From an uncultured Acidobacteriaceae bacterium (GTDB lineage: Bacteria > Acidobacteriota > Terriglobia > Terriglobales > Acidobacteriaceae), in NCBI GenBank assembly GCA_963769345.1, contig CAVYLL010000004.1:419949-483948 (forward strand): a stretch of 64,000 bases of DNA, written 5' to 3'. The notes under the pieces are model-generated. The model saw only the letters and a program-made list of their open reading frames with translations, ran no database searches and was not told where the DNA came from. Numbering within the stretch: the stretch's first letter is position 1; every line of letters begins with the position of its first letter. Made by a program: the position numbers and the translations under genes. This document shows, piece by piece, positions 55,202 to 64,000 of this stretch.

Positions 55202-56109
55202 CGCAATCGATCACACTGGACTCGGCGTACGCAACTTGCAGGGCCATCGCCAAACGGGAAGCCAAGAATTTCTACTACGCCTTCGTCGCTCTTCCTGAGC
55301 CGCGCCGCAACGCCATCTGCGCCATCTACGCCTTCATGCGCAAGGCCGACGACCTCTCCGATGATGAGAGCATTTCGCGCGAACAGCGTCTCCAGAATCT
55401 CGAGCAGTGGCAGACAGCCTGGCGCAGTGCCTCGCAAACCGGCACGACGCAAGATCCCGTCTTCATCGCCGTCCGCGATGCGACGCAGCGCTTCAACATT
55501 CCTCTCAGCCTTCTTGACGAACTCATCGCTGGCACGACATCTGATTTGAAAGCGAAGCCGGGAGACGCTCCCGACACCTACGCAACCTTCGCCGACCTCT
55601 ACCAATATTGTTACCTCGTCGCGTCCGTCGTCGGCCTCGTCTGCATCCGCATCTTCGGCTACACCGATCCCGCCGCCGAAAAGCTCGCCGAAGAAACCGG
55701 CGTAGCCTTCCAATTAACCAACATCCTGCGCGACGTAGCCGAAGACGCCGAGCGCGGCCGGGTTTATCTGCCTCTGGAAGACCTCGCTGCCCATAACGTC
55801 ACGCTCGATTCCATCCTGCATCGCAAGCAAGGGGCACCTCCATCCGCGAACGAGCGCGCCCTGCTAGCTGAGATCGGAGCGCGCGCAGAAGCCTATTACG
55901 CCTCCGCCGGCAAACTGCTGCCACTCATCGATCGCGAGAGCCGGCCCGCGCTCTGGGTATTGGTAAGGATTTACTGCGGATTGCTTAGACGGATTCGCCG
56001 CGCTGACTACGACGTTTTTTCGCATCGCATCAGCGTCCCAACCTTCCAGAAACTCGAAATCCTGGCAGTCGGAATGGTTCGGCTAACCGTCGCACGAATC
56101 TCCCGTTAG
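55198..56109 (+). CDS. hpnD: Presqualene diphosphate synthase HpnD
   Basis: NFYYAF, YAFMRKADDLSD, YCYLVASVVG, FQLTNILRDV, GRVYLP. Confidence 0.93.
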   Translation: MTQSITLDSAYATCRAIAKREAKNFYYAFVALPEPRRNAICAIYAFMRKADDLSDDESISREQRLQNLEQWQTAWRSASQTGTTQDPVFIAVRDATQRFNIPLSLLDELIAGTTSDLKAKPGDAPDTYATFADLYQYCYLVASVVGLVCIRIFGYTDPAAEKLAEETGVAFQLTNILRDVAEDAERGRVYLPLEDLAAHNVTLDSILHRKQGAPPSANERALLAEIGARAEAYYASAGKLLPLIDRESRPALWVLVRIYCGLLRRIRRADYDVFSHRISVPTFQKLEILAVGMVRLTVARISR

Positions 56110-56164
56110 GTCTTGTCGATTAAAAAGTGATAAGCGTGAATTGGCTGACCAGGGTTTCCGGCGT

Positions 56165-56232
56165 TGTGAAAGGGCACGACTTCAGTCGTGCCGAAAAGCG
56201 CCAAATTAGAATTGGGCTTTAGCCCCTGAGGA
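56165..56232 (+). repeat. Family-1 two-hairpin element, copy D, directly before hpnE
   Basis: GTGAAAGGGCACGACTTCAGTCGTGCCG...GGGCTTTAGCCCCTGAGGA. Confidence 0.88.
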
Positions 56233-56237
56233 AATGC

Positions 56238-57661
56238 TTGCCGGAACGATCGCAACAACTCGCACAACGCACCGTCACCGTCATCGGCGGCGGCGTAGCC
56301 GGCATGAGCGCTGCTTGCGCCCTCGCCGAAGCCGGACTACCGCGTGCAACTCGTCGAGCGCCGCGGCTATCTCGGCGGTCGCGCTTCCTCCTATCTGCAT
56401 CCGGGTGTCAACGAAGTCATCGACAACTGCCAGCACGTTCTCTTCGGCTGCTGCACAAATCTCATCGGCTTCTACAATCGCATCGGTGTCGAAAAGAAAA
56501 TTCACTGGACCAGCGAGATGACCATGATCGAGCCCGGCGGCAAGCGCTCGAAACTCGGTCCTTCGCCGCTGCCCGCACCGCTCCATGGTCTCCCGAAACT
56601 TCTTTCCGCCCACGCCTTCACCCGCGCCGACAAGTTCGCCCTCGCGCGCGCCTTTCGCGCCATGATGCGTCCCATCCAGGACGACCAACGAATCGCTCTC
56701 CGCGTGGCTCCGTCGCAATAAGCAGACCCCCGGCGCCATCGAGCGCTTCTGGCGCCTCGTCATCGCCAGCGCCCTCAATGCCGACCTCGACGCCATCGCC
56801 GTTCCGTATGCCGCCAAGGTTATCCGCGAACTCTTCATGAACTCCGCCGAAGCTGGCGCTATGGGCATGAGCTCGGTCCCCCTCAGCGAACTTTACGCGA
56901 TCGGCAAAATCATTCCTCGACGAGACACGGCTCGACCGTCCACCTCAACACCAACGTCGAATCGGCACGAGTGGGACGAGGAGATCTCCCAATGGACCAT
57001 CAGCACGCGCATCGGCACCCTCGTCTCTGAATTCCTCGTCATCGCGTTGCCCTTCGAAGCCACTGCAGAAACTGTTGCCGCATCTCCCGCCTGCCCCGCG
57101 CGGCAGAAGAACTCGCGCGCCAGATCGACCGATTCGAGCACTGGCCCATCTGCAGCGTGCATCTCTGGTTCGATCGCGAAATCACCGATCTCCCGCACGC
57201 CGTCCTTCTCGACCGCGAAATCCACTGGATGTACAACAAGAGCGTTCTGCAGCCATGGCGCAAAACCAAAGGCAGCTACCTCGAACTCGTCCAGTCCGCG
57301 TCGCGCAGCTTCGCAGCCCTCGAACGACGCGAAGCGATCGATCAGGCCCTGAGCGAACTCGCAGAATTCTTTCCCACAATAAGAGAAGCCAAGCTCGAAA
57401 AAGCCGCGCTTATCAAAGAAGTCCGCGCCACCTTCGGCGTCCCACCCGGCATCGACACCCTCAGGCCCCCCTCAGCATCCGCCATGGCCCAACTGCTTCC
57501 TCGCCGGTGACTGGATCTCCACCGGCTGGCCATCGACCATGGAGAGCGCCGCCCGCTCCGGCCATCTCGCTGCCGACGCTCTCTGCGCCAGCAAGATCGA
57601 AGACCGCCGCTTCCTCGAGCCCGACCTGAAGCCCCGGGGGCTTATGCGATGGCTCAAGTAA
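56238..57661 (+). CDS. hpnE: Hydroxysqualene dehydroxylase HpnE; several frameshifts
   Basis: VIGGGVAG, LGGRASS, IDNCQHVLFGCCTN, PICSVHLWFDR, LAGDWISTGWPSTMESAARSG. Confidence 0.9.
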
Positions 57662-57782
57662 CAATCACTTCGACTTAGGAAGTTTTGTTTGGTCTTCGAA
57701 GACATGAGCCCAAGCGAGCAGCCCAAGCATCCGGTGACTGTTCGATGCAATCCGCTTCAGGCTGAACATACGGAGCTAGCAG

Positions 57783-58202
57783 CTAGAAGCTTCTCTTAAT
57801 GCGCCAGAAAATAAACACCCACGCACACCAGCACTGCCGAAGCCCACCGCCGCCCGTCCACATTCTCATGCAGAAAAACTTCCCGGCAATCGCATTCGTT
57901 ACCAGCGTCAGCGAAGCGGAGGCCGGAGCCACCAGGCTAAGATTCAGATGATTCAGCGCAAACAGTAACGCGAAAAACGCCAGCGCCAGAAAGAAAACGC
58001 CCGCGAAAAATAGCGGGCATGTCACCACCGCGCGGATCGCACCCTTCATTCCCGATTTCGCGCGAATATCATCCAGATCGCCAATCGACTTCATCGCCGC
58101 CGCCGTCAGCACCTCGCCTGCAGTCGAAGTCAGCACGATCGTGGCGATCATGCCGGCCGCAGCCCACACCCCCGATGCGGAACCAGGCGCAATCATCGCA
58201 CA
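57783..58202 (-). CDS. Small EamA/DMT-type membrane transporter
   Basis: Four hydrophobic helices; LSLVAPASASLT; paired with the upstream paralogue. Confidence 0.7.
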   Translation of the reverse strand, partial: CAMIAPGSASGVWAAAGMIATIVLTSTAGEVLTAAAMKSIGDLDDIRAKSGMKGAIRAVVTCPLFFAGVFFLALAFFALLFALNHLNLSLVAPASASLTLVTNAIAGKFFCMRMWTGGGGLRQCWCAWVFIFWRIKRSF

Positions 58203-58236
58203 TGCTCCTTCGCATCACGTTCGTGCACTGTTTCAT

Positions 58237-58641
58237 TCACCGCACCGGCCGCTCAGTCAGCGATGGCCCATGCGCCACAAAACCCACGCCCACTGTGATC
58301 AGCACAATCCCTGCCCACCGTTGCAGCGAAATTGGCTCATGCAGCCAGTACTTCGACAGCAGCGCAACAATGACATTCCCGAATGCTGTTGCCGGCAAAA
58401 CATAAGTCAGATCCGCCCACGAAAGCGCCGTCAGGTAGCTGGCAAAGAATCCGATCAGCAGCGCAATCCCCGCCGCAATCCACGGCGTAAATACAGCGCT
58501 GATCAGCGACAGCGGATGCGCCAGCGAAATCGCCGGCAGGGAAGTCATGCCTCGCGAAAGGCACGTGTCGCCCAGCGGCGCGCACAGCGCAACTAGTCCA
58601 AGGATCATGTATTGCCGCGGCGTTGGCCGAATATGCGTCCA
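58237..58641 (-). CDS. Small EamA/DMT-type membrane transporter (start approximate, probable frameshift in the first codons)
   Basis: LGDTCLSRGM, ALSWADLTYVLPATAFG, EPISLQRWAGIVLI. Confidence 0.75.
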   Translation of the reverse strand, partial: WTHIRPTPRQYMILGLVALCAPLGDTCLSRGMTSLPAISLAHPLSLISAVFTPWIAAGIALLIGFFASYLTALSWADLTYVLPATAFGNVIVALLSKYWLHEPISLQRWAGIVLITVGVGFVAHGPSLTERPVR

Positions 58642-58735
58642 TCAGTCTTTCACCAAGCTCAAAGTCGTGAGCCCAAAAGAGAAGGGCGGACATCCGCCGC
58701 CGCGGACCCCGCCCCTGGTTGGATCGTGAACGAAG

Positions 58736-60214
58736 TTACGCGCCTGCGCTCACAGCCGCAGTCGGTTTCGCCGGCTGACTGCGTTTTTGCTTGACCGCCT
58801 TGTTGCGCTCTGCACGAAGCTTCATGAACGCCTTCGCCTCAACGTAAAGCCGCGGCACATCGCGATTCACAATCGCCTTCCACACCACGCGGAACGCCGC
58901 CTTCGGACGGAAATAGTACTCGTCGTAGAAGCGGTGCACCATCTCCATCACGTAGTCGACCGGCAGGCCGGGATACTCGATGTGCGCCATCTGGTGTCCG
59001 CCGCCGTCTTCCATCTTCTCGTTGGTGATGAAGCCGTTGGCCTTGGCGTAATCGTAGAACTCCGTGCCCGGATACGCGTGCGCGATCGAAACCTGGATCG
59101 TCTCGCAGTCCAGCGTCTTGGCAAAGTTGATCGTGTTGCGGATCGATTCCTTCGTCTCGCCCGGCAGCCCCAGAATAAAGTCGCCGTGAATCACGAGGCC
59201 CAGGTCGTGGCAGTCCTTCGCAAAGGCCCGCGCACGCTCAACCGTCGCGCCCTTCTTGATGTTCTTCAGAATCTGCGGATCGCCCGACTCAAATCCCACG
59301 ATCAGCAGCCGGCATCCGGCATCCTTCATCGCCTTCAGCGTGTCGTAGTCCGTTGTCACGCGCGAAGTGCAGCTCCACGTCATCCCCAGCGGCTTCAGCT
59401 TCTCGCAGAGTTCAATCGTCCGCCCCTTCTGAATGTTGAACGTGTCATCGTCGAAGAAGAATTCCTTCACATGCGGGAAGTTCTCATGCGCCCACTTCAA
59501 CTCCGCAGCCACGTCATCGGTCGAGCGCTTGCGCCACGCATGTCCGCTCAGCGTCTGCGGCCACAGGCAGAAGGTGCACTGCGCCGGGCAGCCGCGCGTC
59601 GAGTAGAGCGCGATATACGGATGCAGCAGGAACGGCACGTTGTACTTCGTCACGTCCATGTCGCGCTTGTAGATCTTCGTCGCCCACGGCATCGCGTCCA
59701 GATCTTCCACCTGCGGACGATCGGGATTGTGGAAGATCTTTCCATCCTTCTTGTAGCTGATTCCGAGAATCTCGTTCAGCGGCTTGCCCTGGGCAAACTC
59801 CACAACCGAGAAGTCGAATTCGCGCCGGCAAATGAAATCCAGCACTGCGCACTCATTCAGCGCGCTATCCGGATCAGTCGTCACCGGCGGCCCAACAAAC
59901 GCAATCCGGATCGAAGGATTCGCCGCCTTGATGGCTTCGGCCAGACGCTGGTCGCCCTCCCATCCCACCGTCGAGGTGAACAGGACAAGGAACTCGTAGT
60001 CCTTGCAGATCTTGATCGTCTCGTCGGCCGACACGTGATGTGGCGGCGCATCCAGCACGCGCGATCCTTCCAGCAGACCTGCAGGATAGGTGAGCCAGAC
60101 AGGGTACCAGTACGATTCGATTTCGCGCGTAGCGGGCCAGCGCGAACTTGCGCCACCGTCGAAATTTTCAAACGAAGGCGGGTTCAGAAAGAGTGTTTTC
60201 AAAGGCATAGGCAT
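58736..60214 (-). CDS. hpnJ: Hopanoid biosynthesis-associated radical SAM protein HpnJ
   Basis: LFLNPPSFENFDGGASSRWPATREI, YWYPVWL, RGCPAQCTFCLWPQT, FFDDDTF. Confidence 0.9.
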   Translation of the reverse strand: MPMPLKTLFLNPPSFENFDGGASSRWPATREIESYWYPVWLTYPAGLLEGSRVLDAPPHHVSADETIKICKDYEFLVLFTSTVGWEGDQRLAEAIKAANPSIRIAFVGPPVTTDPDSALNECAVLDFICRREFDFSVVEFAQGKPLNEILGISYKKDGKIFHNPDRPQVEDLDAMPWATKIYKRDMDVTKYNVPFLLHPYIALYSTRGCPAQCTFCLWPQTLSGHAWRKRSTDDVAAELKWAHENFPHVKEFFFDDDTFNIQKGRTIELCEKLKPLGMTWSCTSRVTTDYDTLKAMKDAGCRLLIVGFESGDPQILKNIKKGATVERARAFAKDCHDLGLVIHGDFILGLPGETKESIRNTINFAKTLDCETIQVSIAHAYPGTEFYDYAKANGFITNEKMEDGGGHQMAHIEYPGLPVDYVMEMVHRFYDEYYFRPKAAFRVVWKAIVNRDVPRLYVEAKAFMKLRAERNKAVKQKRSQPAKPTAAVSAGA

Positions 60215-60274
60215 CCCTTCAATTCTACCAGTTAGCGCAGTTTTTACGCGGCTTTCCGGTGTGTATTCCGATGA

Positions 60275-61602
60275 TTACTTCCCGTGCAATTCGTGCAGCC
60301 AGTCGTCCATATGGCCCAGGGCACGCAGCAGGTTGAGGCGCGCCTTTGCAAGCTCAAATCCCGCATCCATCGCATCTTCAGTCTTTTGCCGCTCATCGAT
60401 CCGTGCCTGCTGCTCGGCTTTAGGGCTTGTGGGCGGCACGGATCCTGGTCCGGATCCGGCTCCGTTGCCTAACTCCAACTGTGTCAACACAGTCTTCAAG
60501 CTGCTCATCTGCGATCTGTTGCTTTAGACTCGCAATCTCCGCCTGCGTATCAAGCTCGCGGATACTTCCGCTAAGGTCTGCAATTGCAAGGTCATTCTGA
60601 TTCTCCGCCTGCTCAGCCTCTACCTTGTACCGCAGCGCATCAGCGGCGGACTCCCTGGCCCTCGCGCGTCGGCCCATGTCGAAGAGTGGAAGATTCACCG
60701 AAATCCCCGATGCAAAGTTGTTGGCCGGCAGATCAGTCTTGAAATACTGGTTCACACTGTTCAGAAGGGTGGTGACGCGCAGGTACTCCAGCGAGAACCG
60801 CAATTCAGGTAAGTAGTTGGTCTCCCAATCGCCCTTGGCCTGCAGTGCCTTGGATGTCGCGATCAAATGCGACGCCTTGACTCCATCGATCTCACGGGCA
60901 GCCAGGTCGCCGTGCACCTGGGGAATCTCCGGAATGCTCGAATGATCGACTTTGATCGACCCGGACGGCAGGCCGGTAAGCGCCTCGAGCTGTTTCTCCA
61001 GGTTTGCAGCACGCGTCTCCAGATGCAGACGTTTCAGCTTGATCTGCGCGGCGGTGAGCCTCGCCTGCAACTGCTCGCTCAACGGATCGACTCCCGCCTC
61101 GGTCCTCTGCAGTTCGATCTCCACAAGCCGAGCAGAGAACTGCTCCTGCTGTTGCACATCTGCAAGCTCCTGGTTGACGGTGTCAAGCTCGATGTAGGCC
61201 GTCGAAGCATCCAGCGCCACCTGCTGGCGCGCATCCTGCAACCGCGCCTTTGCTGCCCGAAGCCCGTATCCAGCGGCATCGAAATAGCGCTTTTGGGGAA
61301 TGCTGTAGACCAGCGACTGAACCGTCACGCTCCAGATCGAGGGTGGAGAACCGGTGTAACCCACTTCCGGGAAGACCGGCAATCCGGTCTCGATGTTGAC
61401 GGTGGGAATCACCGTATCCTTGGTCTCCGACAGTTGCGCGTTCGCCTTGTTCACGTCGGCCTGCGCCGCGCGCACCCCAGTGCTGTTGCGCTGCGCCAGA
61501 TCTACCACTGTTTTCAGTGACACCTGGGCATGCAGCGCCGACCGGCATCCCCATCAGCATTGCCGCGAATCCAGCCACAATCCCGATGCTGGACCATCGC
61601 AC
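60275..61602 (-). CDS. TolC-family outer membrane protein; frameshifts ~61530 and ~60450
   Basis: Signal peptide, then VSLKTVVDLAQRNS, coiled-coil helices, ISVNLPLFD. Confidence 0.8.
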
Positions 61603-61641
61603 TCGGCAGTCCCGCGCAATTCGTCGATGGCCGTGAAGGAA

Positions 61642-62605
61642 TCAAAATGTCAGCCCCAGTGCCGGCTTGTAATCGTGCGCGAGTTGAAGTGCCGCCGCTC
61701 GTGCCTGCCACGCGCCATTCTTGTCGCCCAGCTGGGCTTTTAGCCGGGCAAGCCGCGTGTAGCCTTCAAACGCCGGCCCTTCTTCTGTTCGTGGATAATC
61801 TGCAAGATATTCCTCCAGCATCTTCGCCGCCAGAGCGCAGGTTTCGCTTGCTTCGCGCCAGAACCGAGGCGCCGTTATAAAGCGCAACACCCGCGTGCCG
61901 ATCGTGCTGTGCTGCTCTGTATCCGCTTCCACGGCGGCCTCCATATCGTCCCAGCGTTCGCGCTTGCGATAAAAACTGGCCAGCGACATCCAGCCAAACG
62001 CGGGATGTTCGCTGGTCGTCGTCGCCTGTTTCAATTCGCGTTCCGCGGTGCCGTAATCCTTGCGGCTCTCGGCGATGCGCGCCAGCAGAATGTGCGCCCG
62101 CGCCGGATCGACTTTCTCCAGCGAGGCAACCAGTGCCTGCGGCCTTGTCGATGCCTCCGCCCACCACCCCGGGCGCCGAGTAGTAAAACTCTCCCAGATC
62201 GGCCATGGCCTCTCCATTGCGCGGATCAGTACTCACCGCCTGCTCGAATTCCGCGCGCGCCCGCTTCGCCAGGGTATATGCGTGATAAACGATGCGTGGT
62301 CGGCCTTCTCGCCCAGAGCCCGTCCCAGCCACAAGTGATTCATTGTGCTCTGGCCGTCGAGCTTCACCGCCTGTTCGCATTCGTTCGCTGCATCGTCCCA
62401 TCGTTCCAGCATGAAGTAAACCCGGCAGCGCAAATTATGCGTCTCCGCCGAAGAGGGCAATGAGCGTCAAAAGCGTCAAGCGCCCGGTCTGCTTCGCCCG
62501 ATTGCAGAGCGGCATTGGCCTGTGCAAGCCCGTCCTTCGGCACATCGGCCGACCGCAGCAGTGACAAAAGCGGCAAGCAGCATGATCGCGAGTACGCTTC
62601 TTCAC
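61642..62605 (-). CDS. Exported tetratricopeptide-repeat protein; several frameshifts
   Basis: HNLRCRVYF...NECEQAV, NHLWLGRALG, EFEQAV...AMADLGEFY...GGG fragments are collinear across frames. Confidence 0.7.
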
Positions 62606-63842
62606 CGGACTCTCGTGATCGGGATGCCCTCTTGCAGGGGCTAGTCCTGTCGTGGTTCCTGTGGCGACCCAGTCACCGATCCTCAGCCCGGAAAGAATGG
62701 CAACCTGCGTAAGGTTCAGTGCGCCGGTCACGACAAAAGTCTTCTTCAACTCGTCGCCATCGATTTTGTAGACATAGGTCTTGCCGTTCTCCGAGCGCAG
62801 CGCCTCTCGGGGAATGCTCAGCGCGTTTGCCTGACTCGACGTCGTCACCGTAACCGTGACATTGGTATCGGGCAGAAGCTGGCCGTCGGCATCGTCGATG
62901 TGAATCAGAACTTCGCCGACATTGCGCGTTCCATACGTGATCACGGTAATGGGCGTGCGTTCGATGTGACCGTGCCAGACCATTCCCGGCTTGGCATCCC
63001 ACTTGATCAGGATCGGTTGACCCACAGCAAGCATTCCGATCTCCGGTTCGTCGAAGTAGGCGCGCACGCGCTCTTGTCGAAGGTCCGCCATCTGCAGCAG
63101 CAGTTTGCCCTGCTCCGCAAACTCCGTCGCATTCACATTCAGGCTGTAAACGGTCCCCGCTGACGGTGCATGGACCGATGTCTGCGCCAGCACCTGTTGT
63201 GCTGCCTGCCGGCTGGCCTCCGCATCCTCCAGCGCTGCTTGTGCGCGCGCAACTTCAGCAGGGGAGTAGCGGCTTTGCGCGCTCTGTTGCGCCGCATGCA
63301 GATTTGCCTCGGCCGTCGCCAGTCTCTGGCGTGCCGCTGCCACCTCGCTTGGCGCCGCCGCCCCTGTCGAGCTCAGCTTCACCAGCGCATCCAGATCACG
63401 CTGCGCCTGGTCCCGTTCCAGCTTGTCGCGCGCAGTCTCTGCCGCCACACCCTGTCGCTGCTCCAGCGTTCCGTTTTGCGTTGCCGACTCCAGCGATGCC
63501 TGGGCGGACTTTACCGCGCTGTCGGCGCTGGCCAGCTTCGCGCGGGCTTCAATGTCGTCCAGCTGCATCAGCAGCTTGCCCGCCGGAACCACGTCGCCCG
63601 CCTGGACATAAACTGCCTTCACAAGGGCGCCTGATCGGGGCATGCATCTCAATATTGTGAATCGGCTCAACCCTGCCATTCGTGCTGGCGGTGCTTGCCA
63701 GCGGCTCCTGCGAAACCTCGGCCGCGCGCACAGGCAGGCGATCCCGGGTAAGAGATCGAGCGCCAAAATAGACCAGGATAAGAACCACGACCGCGCCAAA
63801 CCAAAGCCATTTGCGGTCCAATTGCTTTCTTTCCGTAACCAT
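62602..63842 (-). CDS. Efflux periplasmic adaptor (membrane fusion protein); frameshifts ~63640 and ~62640
   Basis: N-terminal TM helix, STNGRVEP, lipoyl-like VKAVYVQAGDVVPAGKLL, coiled coil, APSAGTVY, DEPEIG. Confidence 0.85.
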
Positions 63843-63965
63843 GCAGGCGACCTATGCCAGTATATAAGACTCTTCGCAAGCCCTTAAGAAGCAGAAATTT
63901 GCATGAATACGAACTAGAAACTTGCATGACGGGGTGTTCATATTGATCCGCCTTACAATGAAGAT

Positions 63966-64000
63966 ATGTCTCAGCAACCTCGCTATACCGACGATCACGC
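63966..64000 (+). CDS. Start of an unidentified CDS, truncated by the window end
   Basis: ATG at 63966 (MSQQPRYTDDH...) preceded by TACAAT 6 nt upstream. Too short to identify. Confidence 0.4.
   Translation, partial: MSQQPRYTDDH

Noticed and set aside
57775-57790. Short AGCTAG-type 7-mer iterations (also near 23577 and 49977)
   Set aside because: They are too short and degenerate to distinguish from chance by eye.
50028-60214. Absence of shc (hpnF) and hpnH read as a squalene-only pathway
   Set aside because: These genes are often at separate loci, and hpnA, the HpnG-like gene and hpnJ imply hopanoids. One window cannot show absence.

Overview
GC-rich bacterial chromosomal DNA, most likely Acidobacteriaceae (subdivision 1). 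That assignment is inferred from protein families, gene order and repeat types, not from a marker gene. From left to right: a secreted esterase; a His-rich exported protein; a fermentative/H2 module (nifJ PFOR coupled to a DHOD-like flavoprotein, a GH29 fucosidase, hoxEFUYH+W group 3d [NiFe]-hydrogenase, a NiCoT transporter, hypF); an argRCBDF-GH-A operon with tandem ARG boxes, divergent from an orphan gltB; an active/degenerate GGDEF paralogue pair; fadD; a PPi-type pfk; a candidate 6S-like RNA; SulP; an atypical rubrerythrin; crcB with a fluoride riboswitch carrying an inserted hairpin; CorA; ABC-F; queCE; a hopanoid locus (hpnA, hpnG-like, two Zn-dehydrogenases, hpnCDE, hpnJ, two EamA); and an MFP-TPR-TolC operon. 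I found no tRNA, rRNA, CRISPR array or transposase. Many genes in about 1-18 kb and 52.6-63.7 kb are split by single-base frameshifts, while 18-52.6 kb is clean, which looks like sequencing indel error rather than decay. Best leads: (1) a shared GTGA-N6-TCAC operator upstream of nifJ, hoxE, pfk and rubrerythrin, suggesting an anaerobic regulon; (2) two translationally coupled Zn-dehydrogenases directly after the HpnG-like gene, candidates for the unassigned hopanoid side-chain redox step, one with a five-fold 11-residue repeat at its N-terminus; (3) the variant fluoride riboswitch and the 6S-like RNA.
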